A stretch of DNA of 64,000 nucleotides, taken from an uncultured bacterium (GTDB lineage: Bacteria; RBG-13-66-14). The notes beneath the pieces are model-generated. The model made no database searches. It had not been told where the DNA came from and worked only from the letters and a program-made list of their open reading frames with translations. Of the stretch, positions 1 through 9,351 are shown one piece after another. The translations under genes and the position numbers were made by a program. The DNA lies in the NCBI GenBank assembly GCA_964577465.1, contig CAZNZF010000002.1, forward strand, positions 1,336 through 65,335, written 5' to 3'. How positions within the stretch are numbered: the first letter of the stretch is position 1; each line of letters opens with the position of its first letter.

Positions 1-35
1 CACCCCGGAACCGACGCCGACGCCCTAGGGATTCA

Positions 36-1289
36 ATGCGGAAAATTCTCCTTCTTCTCGTCTTGATGCTGACCTGCGCGGCGCTCGGCGCACCCCGCGT
101 GGTCGCGCTGCCCCTGGAAAACGAGGGGCTGCCCCAGGACGCCTGGTATCTCATGGGGCTGACCGAGTCCCTGGCCTGGCGGCTGAACGAGTCGAACTCC
201 GCCGTGGGCCTCGACTGGCGCTCCGTGCACCAGGCGCTTCAGGCGCTCAAGATGGGGCGCCAGCGCAGCTTCAGCGAGGAGGACCTGGAGAGGATTCTGG
301 GGTATCTCGAGCCGGACTACTACCTTCGGGGTTCCTACCTCATCGAGCAGCCCGAGGACCCGTTGGGCGACGTGCGCTACTCGGTGGAGGTCGCCTGCCT
401 GACCTACCCGGCCGACCGGGAGTGCTTCAACATCCGCTTCACGGGGGTGGACCTCTTCGCCATCGAGGTGGAGATTTACAAGGAGGTCCGCCTGGCCATC
501 GGAGAGCCTCTGACGGACGAGGGGCTGAAAGAGGCCCAGAACCTGATAACCGACGACGCCGTCGCCTACCGGTGGTACTGCCGGGCCGTCAGCACCGTGG
601 CCAATCCGGCGCAGCAGGCGGACTACCTCATCGAGGCGGTCAAGCTCAACAAGGGTTTCCTCACGGCGCGGCGGGAGCTGGCCCGGGCTTACCTCCAATC
701 CGGTGACACGCCGCGCGCGCTGAAAGACATACTCGCCGTCCTGCGCGAGGCGCCCGACGATTGCTGGGCGCTCAAGTACTACGGGGACATCCTCGACGCC
801 CTGGGCGAGGGCGGCAAGGCCATGCGCATCTACCGCCGGGCCGGGATGGCCGACGAGCGCGAGTGGAGGCTCCACCTCGAGCTGGCCTGGACCCTGGAGG
901 AGAAGGGGTCCTACACCCTGGCCGAGAAGTCCTACGACAAGCTCCTGGTGAAGGACAGCCGGTTCTACGACGCCTACCGCGGACTGGCCGTCATTCTTTT
1001 GAGCCGGGGGGAGTACGCCGAGGCGCTGGACCTCCTGGAGCGGGCGCGAAGCCTCGGCGAGGGGTTTGCTGAATACCACAACCTCCTCGGCCGGGCCTAC
1101 ATCTACAACGGGCGGTTCGAGGATGCCGTGCGCGAGCTGCAGGTTGCGGTGTACCTGGCTCCGAGGAACGGCGAGTTCGCCTACGACCTCGGTTTCGCCT
1201 ACTACCGGGCCGGGGACACCCGGATGGCCGACGAGTGGTGGAGGACGGCGTCGCTGTTGGGTTACAGCCACGAGACGGAGATGGAGTAG
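36..1289 (+). CDS. Secreted/periplasmic tetratricopeptide-repeat (TPR) protein
   Basis: N-terminal signal-peptide-like segment MRKILLLLVLMLTCAALGA. Multiple TPR-like helices (e.g. AEALDLLERARSLGEG, YHNLLGRAYIYNGRFEDAVRELQVAV). High GC3 in this frame. Confidence 0.6.
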   Translation: MRKILLLLVLMLTCAALGAPRVVALPLENEGLPQDAWYLMGLTESLAWRLNESNSAVGLDWRSVHQALQALKMGRQRSFSEEDLERILGYLEPDYYLRGSYLIEQPEDPLGDVRYSVEVACLTYPADRECFNIRFTGVDLFAIEVEIYKEVRLAIGEPLTDEGLKEAQNLITDDAVAYRWYCRAVSTVANPAQQADYLIEAVKLNKGFLTARRELARAYLQSGDTPRALKDILAVLREAPDDCWALKYYGDILDALGEGGKAMRIYRRAGMADEREWRLHLELAWTLEEKGSYTLAEKSYDKLLVKDSRFYDAYRGLAVILLSRGEYAEALDLLERARSLGEGFAEYHNLLGRAYIYNGRFEDAVRELQVAVYLAPRNGEFAYDLGFAYYRAGDTRMADEWWRTASLLGYSHETEME

Positions 1290-1303
1290 TGGGCGCGCAG
1301 AGC

Positions 1304-2164
1304 ATGACCGGCTACGCCGTGGGGCGCTGGTCGGAGGGCGACGACCTCCTGGTGCTCGAGGCCCGGAGCGTCAACGGCAAGCACCTCTCGGTCAAGCTCC
1401 GCCTGCCGTCGTCCCTGTCCGCCTTCGAGCAGCGGCTCACGAATCTGGTCAAGGAGAATATCGGCCGGGGCAGCGTCACCGTCAGTTGTCTCGAATTGTC
1501 CGGTTTCGCCGACGCCGGGGCTGCGCCGAAGGTGAACCTCGATCTGGCGCGGGGTTACATTAATGCGGCCGCCTCCCTGCCTCCCGAGGTATCCCGGAAC
1601 CTCACGGCCTACGAGCTTTTTCGCCTGCCCGGCGTGGTGGCCGAGCCCGAGGGCCGTCTCGACGCGGGTCGCCTGGAGCGGGCGCTGGACGCGGCGGCCG
1701 ATGAGGCGCTGCGGGGTCTGGCGGAGACTCGACGCCGGGAGGGTGAGGAGCTTTCCGGGAAAATCGGCGCCATGCTCGACGAGCTCTCCGGGGGCCTGGA
1801 ATCGCTGCGGCCCCTCGCCGCCGCGGTCCCGGAAAGGCTCCGTGCGACCATCGGGGAGAGGGTAGCCGAGCTGGCCGGAAACGTCCCGGACCGCGAACGG
1901 CTGGAACAGGAGGTGGCCTACCTGGCCGTCAGGGCGGACGTGACCGAGGAACTGGACCGGCTGGAGGGGCACCTCGCGGCGTTCCGTTCGGCCCTGGAAT
2001 CCCCGGAGTCCCAGGGGCGGCGGCTGGATTTCCTCTGCCAGGAGGTGCTCCGCGAGCTCAACACCTGCGGCAGCAAGGCCGTCGGAACCGACATCACACC
2101 TCTCGTGCTGGAGGCAAAGGTCACCCTGGACCGGATCCGGGAGCAGGCGGCGAACATCGCCTGA
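1304..2164 (+). CDS. yicC: YicC family stress-induced protein (UPF0701; YicC-type endoribonuclease)
   Basis: Starts MTGYAVGRW, matching the YicC N-terminus. C-terminal DUF1732-like region. The conserved yicC-gmk neighbourhood is present. Confidence 0.8.
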   Translation: MTGYAVGRWSEGDDLLVLEARSVNGKHLSVKLRLPSSLSAFEQRLTNLVKENIGRGSVTVSCLELSGFADAGAAPKVNLDLARGYINAAASLPPEVSRNLTAYELFRLPGVVAEPEGRLDAGRLERALDAAADEALRGLAETRRREGEELSGKIGAMLDELSGGLESLRPLAAAVPERLRATIGERVAELAGNVPDRERLEQEVAYLAVRADVTEELDRLEGHLAAFRSALESPESQGRRLDFLCQEVLRELNTCGSKAVGTDITPLVLEAKVTLDRIREQAANIA

Positions 2165-2172
2165 AGGACTCG

Positions 2173-2799
2173 ATGGATAAACCCCGCGGCATCCCCATCG
2201 TCATCTCGTCGCCCTCCGGCGGCGGCAAGACGAGCATCTACGTGGAGCTGGCGCAGAGGCACGCCGAGTTCTTCTACTCCGTTTCGGCCACCACGCGTCC
2301 CCGGCGGGCCAACGAAGAGAACGGCGTGCAGTACCATTTCATAGACGAGACGGAGTTCATGCGACGGCGGGACGCCGGTGATTTTCTGGAAACCGCCCGG
2401 GTGCACGACCACTGGTACGGCACGCCGCGTGAGCCACTGGAACGGGCGCTGGGGAATGGAATGGACGCGGTTCTCGACGTGGACGTCCAGGGGGGTGACT
2501 CCATCCGCCGCATCTACGGGGCCGACGCGCTGTTGATATTCATAGTACCCCCCGACCTGGCGACGCTGCGGGAGCGGCTGGTGCACCGCCGTTCCGAAGA
2601 GCCGGCTCTCGTCGAGAGGCGGATGGCGAACGCCCTGGACGAGCTTCGCCGCGCCCCGGACTACGACTACATCGTGGTGAACGACGACCTGCGCCGGGCG
2701 GTGGACGAGGTGGAGGCCGTAATTACCGCCGATCACCTCCGCAGCGTACGTCTGGCCGGTATCCTCGAGGAACGCTTCCCCGAGCTGGGGGAGGGATAA
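2173..2799 (+). CDS. gmk: Guanylate kinase
   Basis: P-loop SPSGGGKTS. Length ~208 aa, typical Gmk. Immediately downstream of yicC. Confidence 0.88.
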   Translation: MDKPRGIPIVISSPSGGGKTSIYVELAQRHAEFFYSVSATTRPRRANEENGVQYHFIDETEFMRRRDAGDFLETARVHDHWYGTPREPLERALGNGMDAVLDVDVQGGDSIRRIYGADALLIFIVPPDLATLRERLVHRRSEEPALVERRMANALDELRRAPDYDYIVVNDDLRRAVDEVEAVITADHLRSVRLAGILEERFPELGEG

Positions 2800-3623
2800 T
2801 GGGACGCCTGTCGATTCTCTCGATTTTCGCGGCGGCGGTCCTCCTGGCAGGCTGCGAGCCTGCCGAGCCGCTGCCCAACCCCATGGCCGACATCGAGGTC
2901 ACCGGATTCGCCTCGGACCAAATTTACCCCGACGGCTCCACCGTGCCCCACGAGGATCGGGTGGTCATCGTCCACGGCATTGTGACCGACACCGACCCCC
3001 TGAACAGCCCGGACTACTGGGACGGGTACGTAGAGATAGTGCGCAACAAGAGCGAGTCCTACGTCCTCTCGGAGCCGGAGATGCAGCAGGTCGTCGACGA
3101 AGATGGCGCGGGGACGGCGCGCTGGGAGTTCTACCGGCGGGTCCGGCTCTTCAACAGCTGGAACACCCTGGAGATATACGTCCGCGCCTTCCCCGGGGGG
3201 ACGGTCCTGGAATACTCGCCCGTGGTGGGCCTTTCCGGTGACTGGAGCGCGGGGCGCGACCCGGTCATGTGCTCGGTGGAGTGGCCCGGGTCGGACCTGG
3301 CGAACGTCAACCTCCACCTGGTGGACGACCTGGGCAACGACTGCTCCGAGGACGACCCCAACATCGGCGGGATGATTCTGGACGTCCCCGACTCTTACGG
3401 GTACGGCCCCGAGTACATCACCGCCACCGAGACCCGGCGGGCGACGTACCGGATTCTGGTCGAGTACGCGAACGACAACGGGCTCGACTCCCCGGTGAAC
3501 TGCAAGGTCCACGTTTACGTCCGCGGTGCCGAGCTGTCCCAGAGCCCCTACCGGCACACCTTCCAGCCCGACGACGCGGGCGGCGACCCGTGGGAGGTCA
3601 CCGAGGTCGACTACTACCCATGA
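2799..3623 (+). CDS. Hypothetical lipoprotein
   Basis: Signal peptide ending in lipobox LLAGC. TAATG overlap with the gmk stop. High GC3. Confidence 0.55.
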   Translation: MGRLSILSIFAAAVLLAGCEPAEPLPNPMADIEVTGFASDQIYPDGSTVPHEDRVVIVHGIVTDTDPLNSPDYWDGYVEIVRNKSESYVLSEPEMQQVVDEDGAGTARWEFYRRVRLFNSWNTLEIYVRAFPGGTVLEYSPVVGLSGDWSAGRDPVMCSVEWPGSDLANVNLHLVDDLGNDCSEDDPNIGGMILDVPDSYGYGPEYITATETRRATYRILVEYANDNGLDSPVNCKVHVYVRGAELSQSPYRHTFQPDDAGGDPWEVTEVDYYP

Positions 3624-3661
3624 TTTCACGGTTGCATCGTCTCGCCGCCTCGTTCTTTATC

Positions 3662-3687
3662 GGGGTTCCCTTGGCCCCTTTTTTTGG
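3662..3687 (+). terminator. Rho-independent terminator after lipoprotein gene
   Basis: GGGGTTCCCTTGGCCCC hairpin followed by a T7 run. Confidence 0.5.
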
Positions 3688-3758
3688 CTTAAAATAACCG
3701 CCGCACCATCCAGCCGATACGACACCGGTTTGATGTCTCAGGAAGCGTGAGGACAACC

Positions 3759-4898
3759 ATGCAGGTTTATCTGGATAACAACGCCACCACCCGGACCGCC
3801 CCCGAGGTAGTGGAGGCCATGCTCCCGTATTTCATCGAAATCTACGGGAACGCCTCGAGCTTCCACCAGTTCGGCCAAAAGGCGGCGAAGGGGATGAACG
3901 AGGCCCGGCAGGCCGTGGCCGATTTTCTGGGGGTCACCGCCGACGAAATCGTCTTCACCGGCTCCGGCTCCGAGTCGGACAACTATTTCCTCAAGGGGGT
4001 GGCGGCCCGCGAGGGCGAGGGGCACCTGGTGACGAGCGCCGTCGAGCACCCGGCGATTCTGCGCACGGCCCGATTCCTGGCCAAGAACGGCTTCGAGCTC
4101 ACCGAGCTGCCCGTGGACGGCAACGGGGTGGTCAGCCCCGACGACCTCCGGGCGGCGCTCCGTCCCAACACGATTCTAGTCAGCATCATGCACGCCAACA
4201 ACGAAATCGGGACGGTCCAGGACCTGGCCGCACTGGGAGCGGTCTGCCGCGAGGCGGGCGTCCCCTTCCACACCGACGCCGTGCAGGCGGTGGGCAAGCT
4301 CCCGATTAACTTGCGCGAGCTGCCGGTGGATTACCTCTCCGCGTCGGCCCACAAGCTCCACGGCCCGAAGGGCGTGGGCCTGGCCTACCTGCGGCGGGGG
4401 TCGAAGGCGCCGTTCAACCTCATCCACGGCGGCCACCACGAGAAGCGGCGTCGGGCGTCCACGGAGAACGTGCCGGGCATAGCCGGCTTCGGGAAGGCCG
4501 TCCGACTCGCGTCCGAGGAGGATTACCACCGGGAGGAGCTCCTGCGTCTCCGTGCGAGGCTGGAGGAGGGGATTGACGCCATCCCCGAGGTCACCATCCT
4601 CGCCCGGGAGGCGGAACGGCTGCCGAACACCTCCAACGTGCTCTTCCACCGACTGGAGGGCGAGTCCATCGTCATGAGCCTGGATTTCGAGGGAATCGCC
4701 GTCTCCACCGGCTCGGCCTGTTCCTCGGGCTCCCTGGAGCCCAGCCACGTCATCCTGGCGTTGGGCTACGACCACGCCCACGCCCAGGGGTCCATCCGAT
4801 TCTCCCTCTCCCGCTACACCACCGAGGAGGAAATCGATTACACGCTGGAGAAGCTCCCCCCCATCATCCACCGTCTGCGCAACATATCCGCCCTATGA
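3759..4898 (+). CDS. Cysteine desulfurase, NifS/IscS family (PLP-dependent)
   Basis: MQVYLDNNATT...SSFHQFG N-terminus. SASAHKLHGPKG PLP-lysine motif. Class V aminotransferase length. Confidence 0.85.
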   Translation: MQVYLDNNATTRTAPEVVEAMLPYFIEIYGNASSFHQFGQKAAKGMNEARQAVADFLGVTADEIVFTGSGSESDNYFLKGVAAREGEGHLVTSAVEHPAILRTARFLAKNGFELTELPVDGNGVVSPDDLRAALRPNTILVSIMHANNEIGTVQDLAALGAVCREAGVPFHTDAVQAVGKLPINLRELPVDYLSASAHKLHGPKGVGLAYLRRGSKAPFNLIHGGHHEKRRRASTENVPGIAGFGKAVRLASEEDYHREELLRLRARLEEGIDAIPEVTILAREAERLPNTSNVLFHRLEGESIVMSLDFEGIAVSTGSACSSGSLEPSHVILALGYDHAHAQGSIRFSLSRYTTEEEIDYTLEKLPPIIHRLRNISAL

Positions 4899-5524
4899 AG
4901 AAGAAGAAGGTCCCCCAGGCCACCGTCCACCGCCTCTCGCTCTACACCCGCTACCTGGGCGAGTTGGAGACCCAGGGCGAGGACTACGTCTCCAGCGAGA
5001 GGCTGGGGGAGGGCGTGGGCACGAACGGGGCCCAGGTCCGTAAAGACCTGAGCTTCTTCGACCGTTTCGGCATCCCCGGCCGGGGTTATCCGGTGAGCTT
5101 CCTGCGCAAACGGCTGGCGAACATCCTCGGTGTGGGGGACAAGGTGTGGCGGGTGGCGGTGGTGGGGGCCGGAAGGCTGGGGGCGGCGCTGGTGGGCTAC
5201 AGTGTTTTCGAGAAGCAGAGCTTCCACTTCGTCGCCATCCTGGACAACGACCCGGCGAAAATCGGCACGCGGGTCAACGGTCTCGAGGTCAGCGACATCA
5301 GAGACCTCCGCGGAATCGTCGCCTCGGAGAACGTGGAGGTCGCCGTAATCACCGTCCCCGTGCACAGCGCCCAGCAGGTGGCCGACATGCTCGTGGAGGC
5401 CGGGGTGCGGGCCCTGTTGAATTTCGCCCCGGCCAAGCTGGACGTCTCCCCGCAAATCGCGCTGCGCAACGTAGACCTGGCCGTCGAGCTGGAAGGGTTG
5501 TCCTTCCACCTCATCAACCGCTGA
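4895..5524 (+). CDS. rex: Redox-sensing transcriptional repressor Rex
   Basis: N-terminal wHTH (TVHRLSLYTRYL) plus Rossmann fold (RVAVVGAGRLGAAL), diagnostic of Rex. ATGA overlap with the upstream gene. Confidence 0.85.
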   Translation: MKKKKVPQATVHRLSLYTRYLGELETQGEDYVSSERLGEGVGTNGAQVRKDLSFFDRFGIPGRGYPVSFLRKRLANILGVGDKVWRVAVVGAGRLGAALVGYSVFEKQSFHFVAILDNDPAKIGTRVNGLEVSDIRDLRGIVASENVEVAVITVPVHSAQQVADMLVEAGVRALLNFAPAKLDVSPQIALRNVDLAVELEGLSFHLINR

Positions 5525-5542
5525 AGACCGACAGGGGGGTTC

Positions 5543-6652
5543 TTGGAGGAACGGCCCAACGTGCCGCTGGCGGATCTGGCCGCCGCCCACCGGGAGAACG
5601 CCGACGCCCTCGAGGGTGCCGCCGTAGCAGCTTTGCGCTCGGGACGGTACATCCTGGGGCCCGAGGTGGCCGCCTTCGAGACGGAGCTGGCGGCCTACGT
5701 GGGGGTGGGGCATGCCGTGGGCGTGGCTTCGGGCTCGGACGCCCTGCTCCTGACCCTGCAGGCGCTGGACCTGCCGCCGGGCTCGAAGGTGGTGACGACG
5801 CCGTTCACCTTCTTCGCCACGGTGTCCTGCATCGTCCGGCTCGGCCACCAGCCGGTGTTCGTGGACATCGACCCGGTGAGCTTCAACCTGGACGTGGGCC
5901 GGGTAGCCGAGGCCGCCCTCGACCCCGAGGTGCGGGCGGTCATCGGGGTGGACCTCTACGGCGACCCGCTGGATTACGACGCGCTGCGCGATTCCATCGG
6001 GCGCGACGACGTTAAAATCGTAGAGGACGCGGCTCAGAGCTTCGGCGCGGAGCTGCGTGGGCGGAAGGCCGGCTCGCTGACGGACGCGGCCACCTTCAGC
6101 TTTTTCCCGGCGAAGAATCTGGGCGCCGCGGGGGACGGCGGGGCGGTGGTTACCGACGACGCCGAGCTGGCCGACCGGGTGCGCATCCTGCGGGTCCACG
6201 GGGCCCGGCCGAAGTACCGCCACCACGTGGTCGGCTACAACTCCCGGCTGGACCCCGTGCAGGCCGCGATGCTGCGGGTGAAGCTGCGGCGGATTGACGA
6301 GGACGTGCAACGTCGGCGCCGCATCGCGGAGCGCTACGCCCCCCTGACCGAGGTCGCTGAACCGCCCTCGCCGCCGCCCGACCACCGGCACTCGTACAAC
6401 TACTTCGTAGTTTCCGTGCCGCGCCGGGACGAGCTGGCGGCGCACCTGACCGGCAAAGGCGTCGGCAACGCCCTGTACTACCCCGAACCGCTCCACCTCC
6501 AGCCCTGCTTCGCCGGATTGGGCTACGGCGAGGGCGACTTCCCCGTGGCCGAGGCGGCCTGCGGTCGCGTCATCGCCCTGCCCATGTACCCCCAGCTCAC
6601 CGAGGCGGACCAGGACTACGTCATCGAGACCATTCTGAAATTTTACCGCTGA
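5543..6652 (+). CDS. DegT/DnrJ/EryC1/StrS family sugar-nucleotide aminotransferase
   Basis: PLP-dependent sugar aminotransferase fold, ~369 aa. Motifs GPEVAAFE and FSFFPAKNLGAAGDGG. Confidence 0.85.
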   Translation: MEERPNVPLADLAAAHRENADALEGAAVAALRSGRYILGPEVAAFETELAAYVGVGHAVGVASGSDALLLTLQALDLPPGSKVVTTPFTFFATVSCIVRLGHQPVFVDIDPVSFNLDVGRVAEAALDPEVRAVIGVDLYGDPLDYDALRDSIGRDDVKIVEDAAQSFGAELRGRKAGSLTDAATFSFFPAKNLGAAGDGGAVVTDDAELADRVRILRVHGARPKYRHHVVGYNSRLDPVQAAMLRVKLRRIDEDVQRRRRIAERYAPLTEVAEPPSPPPDHRHSYNYFVVSVPRRDELAAHLTGKGVGNALYYPEPLHLQPCFAGLGYGEGDFPVAEAACGRVIALPMYPQLTEADQDYVIETILKFYR

Positions 6653-7524
6653 TGGGACCGCCGGTGCTCAGCGTCATCGTGGTGAGCTACCGGAGCCGGG
6701 AATATCTGGCGGGCTGCCTCGAATCCCTCTTCGAGCGCGGCGGGGTGGCCGATCCCGAGGTCATCGTGGTGGATAACGGCTCGGGGGACGGCTCGGTGGA
6801 GATGCTGCGGGGTAAATTCCCCGGCGTCGCGGTTTTTCCCAATCCGGACAACCGGGGCTTCGCACGGGCGGCCAACCAGGGCCTCCGTCGGGCCACGGGG
6901 CGCTACCGGATGCTCCTCAACCCGGACATGGTGGTTCAGGAGGGCGCCCTGGCCGAGCTGGTAGGCTTTCTTGAGGCGAATCCCGACTGCGGGATGGCCG
7001 GTGGGAACGGCCTCGACCCCTCGGGCAGGCCCCAGCCGCAGTTCACCCGAAGCATCCCGACCCCCCTGACGGCGCTGTACCACTTCTCGGGGCTGGACCG
7101 CCTGTTCCCCAGGAGCCGCCGCTTCGGGCGCTACAACTGCACTTACGCCGACCGGGAGACGAGCTTCGACGTGGAGGCGCTCTCCGGCTCGTGCATGGTC
7201 GTCCGCTCCGAGGCGCTGGAGCGGGTCGGGCTTCTGGACGAGCGCTTTCCGATGTACGCCGAGGACCTGGACTGGTGCCTGCGTTTCGCCCGGGCGGGCT
7301 GGCGCGTCTCCTACGTCCACACGGCCCGGTTCGTCCACTACCACGGCCGGTCCAGCCGGAAGAACCTTTTATGGACCCGGCGGCAGTTCTACCTGACCAT
7401 GCACGCCTTCGGTAAAAAAAACCTCCGGGATTCCTACCCGGCGGTGGTCAATCTCCTCGTGGACGCGGGCATCCTGGTTGCCCTGGGCCTCGGCCTCCTC
7501 CGGGCCCACTTCAGCCGCTCGTGA
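6652..7524 (+). CDS. Family 2 glycosyltransferase
   Basis: LSVIVVSYRS...VIVVDNGSGDGS GT2 N-terminus and DxD region. TGATG overlap with the aminotransferase gene. Confidence 0.8.
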   Translation: MGPPVLSVIVVSYRSREYLAGCLESLFERGGVADPEVIVVDNGSGDGSVEMLRGKFPGVAVFPNPDNRGFARAANQGLRRATGRYRMLLNPDMVVQEGALAELVGFLEANPDCGMAGGNGLDPSGRPQPQFTRSIPTPLTALYHFSGLDRLFPRSRRFGRYNCTYADRETSFDVEALSGSCMVVRSEALERVGLLDERFPMYAEDLDWCLRFARAGWRVSYVHTARFVHYHGRSSRKNLLWTRRQFYLTMHAFGKKNLRDSYPAVVNLLVDAGILVALGLGLLRAHFSRS

Positions 7525-7539
7525 GAATTTTATAGGTGG

Positions 7540-8139
7540 TTATCGGGGAAGCGGGTGCGGACCGTCCGCCTTGAAATTTTTTGCATTCAACGCGTTGTGG
7601 TCGACCCCCTTCGTGGTCTTGAGCGCCCATTTGGCCCAGCGGTGCTCGGCCGCCAGCAGGCTCTGCCGGTGCTGGTAGATGAGGTACTCGGAGAGGCTCA
7701 GGTCGCCGGAGACGGCCTTGTCCCGCCACGCGGTCTTGATGGCCTCCATCTCCTCCTCGACGGCGCTCTTGCGCTTCCCGATTAAAAGCTCCAGCTTGCC
7801 GGGGGGCAGAAGGAGTGCCCGGGCGAAGGCGATGACGATGTCGAGGGAGAAGAACAGGCGCTGGGTGTGGACGTCCAGCTCGTCGAGTCCGGTCTTGAGG
7901 GCCTTATTCCCCTCGTCGGTGAGGGTGTATACGTGGCGGGGGGGGCGGTTTCCGGTCCGAGTCGTCTTCTCGTTCACGTATTTCGATTGCTTCAGCTTTT
8001 TCAGCGTGTAGTAGAGATGCCCGGTGGAAACCTCGCTCCACAGGTCGGCGTGATTCTCGTCGAGGACGCGCTTGAGCTGATAGCCGTGCATCGGCTTTTC
8101 ACTCAAGAGACCGAGCACCATCAGATCCACTTTAGTCAC
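7540..8139 (-). CDS. PadR family transcriptional regulator
   Basis: N-terminal wHTH MVLGLLSEKPMHGYQLKRVL...HLYYTLKKL typical of PadR. Divergent from the ABC exporter genes. Confidence 0.8.
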   Translation of the reverse strand: MTKVDLMVLGLLSEKPMHGYQLKRVLDENHADLWSEVSTGHLYYTLKKLKQSKYVNEKTTRTGNRPPRHVYTLTDEGNKALKTGLDELDVHTQRLFFSLDIVIAFARALLLPPGKLELLIGKRKSAVEEEMEAIKTAWRDKAVSGDLSLSEYLIYQHRQSLLAAEHRWAKWALKTTKGVDHNALNAKNFKADGPHPLPR

Positions 8140-8358
8140 GGTCGCCTCCTCCGGTATGATTTATGAAAATTCGCTCTTCTACTAATCCTATATATATTAT
8201 AGTTAATTGTACTGTCTTTGTCAAGGCGAGCGGCTGGGGGACGGGTTTACGAGGGATTTAACAGGTTTACAATAATATGACTTATAATAAGTGTATGATA
8301 AGGTGGTTATTCGTTTAGGTCGCGTGTCCTTGGTCGGGCTGTCCGTGAGCGGCGGGGT
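8140..8358. promoter_or_regulatory. AT-rich divergent promoter/operator region between padR and the ABC transporter genes
   Basis: ~200 bp at much lower GC than the surroundings, between divergently oriented genes. Contains A/T tracts and short repeats (TTTACGAGGGATTTAACAGGTTTACAATAAT). Confidence 0.4.
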
Positions 8359-9351
8359 GTGACCTTGATGGGAACCGACGTCATCGAGGTATCGGGCTTG
8401 GTAAAGCACTTCGACGACCTCGTCGCCGTGGACGGCGTCAGCTTCGCGGTGCCTGCGGGTGAGGTCTTCGGCTTCCTGGGCCCCAACGGGGCCGGAAAGA
8501 CGACCACCCTTTCTATTCTGGCGACGCTGCTGCGGCCCACCTCCGGGTCGGCCAGCGTCGCCGGGTGCGACGTGCTGGAGAATCCCGCCGGCGTGCGGCG
8601 CGAAATCGGCATCGTGTTCCAGGAAAGCTCCCTGGATATCAAGCTCACCGCCCGGGAGAACCTGGACTTCCACGCCCGCATCTACGGCGTGGGCGACCGG
8701 AAGAAGCGCGTGGCCGAGATGCTCGCCTTCATGGAGCTTTCCGAGTGGAGCGATAAACTGGTGGAGCGGCTCTCCGGCGGCATGCGGCGCAGGTTGGAGG
8801 TGTCCCGGGCCCTGCTGCACCGGCCCCGGGTCCTGTTCATGGACGAGCCCACCCTCGGCCTCGACGTGCAGAACCGGCGGAAAATCTGGGACTACCTCCT
8901 CGAGGGTGCCCGCGTGGACTCGACCACCGTTTTCCTGACCACCCACGACCTCCACGAGGCGGAGCGGTGCCACCGGGTGGGGATTATCGACCGGGGCCGT
9001 CTGGTCGCGTGCGGTACACCCGCCGAGCTTAAGTCCTCCCTAGGGGGGAGCGTGGTCCGTCTGCGCTGCGCGGACCCACAGGACGCGGCGCGGACCATCA
9101 TGTCCACCACGGGGCTGGAGGCCAAGCTGGAGGGCGGTTCCGTCGTGGTGGTGGTGGATTCACCGGCGGAATTCCTGCCGGAGGTCATGCGGCTCTTCGG
9201 CGACGCCGTCGAGGAAATCCGGGTCGAGGAGCCCACCCTGGAGGACGTGTTCCTCGGCCTCACCGGCCACACCCTGCGCGACGACGAGGAGCGGGGTCAG
9301 GGAGCGTGGCGGACGGCCCACGCCGCCACGGCCAGGAGGGACGTCCGATGA
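8359..9351 (+). CDS. ABC transporter ATP-binding protein (ABC-2/DrrA-like exporter)
   Basis: Walker A GPNGAGKTT, signature LSGGMRRRL, Walker B LFMDEPT. Confidence 0.9.
   Translation: MTLMGTDVIEVSGLVKHFDDLVAVDGVSFAVPAGEVFGFLGPNGAGKTTTLSILATLLRPTSGSASVAGCDVLENPAGVRREIGIVFQESSLDIKLTARENLDFHARIYGVGDRKKRVAEMLAFMELSEWSDKLVERLSGGMRRRLEVSRALLHRPRVLFMDEPTLGLDVQNRRKIWDYLLEGARVDSTTVFLTTHDLHEAERCHRVGIIDRGRLVACGTPAELKSSLGGSVVRLRCADPQDAARTIMSTTGLEAKLEGGSVVVVVDSPAEFLPEVMRLFGDAVEEIRVEEPTLEDVFLGLTGHTLRDDEERGQGAWRTAHAATARRDVR

Noticed and set aside
8276-8286. Shared 11-mer TATGACTTATA with 37894-37904 (reverse complement) as a common operator
   Set aside because: Between two ~200-bp AT-rich segments an exact 11-mer match has a non-negligible chance expectation (order 0.5-1). 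It is retained only as a low-interest note.
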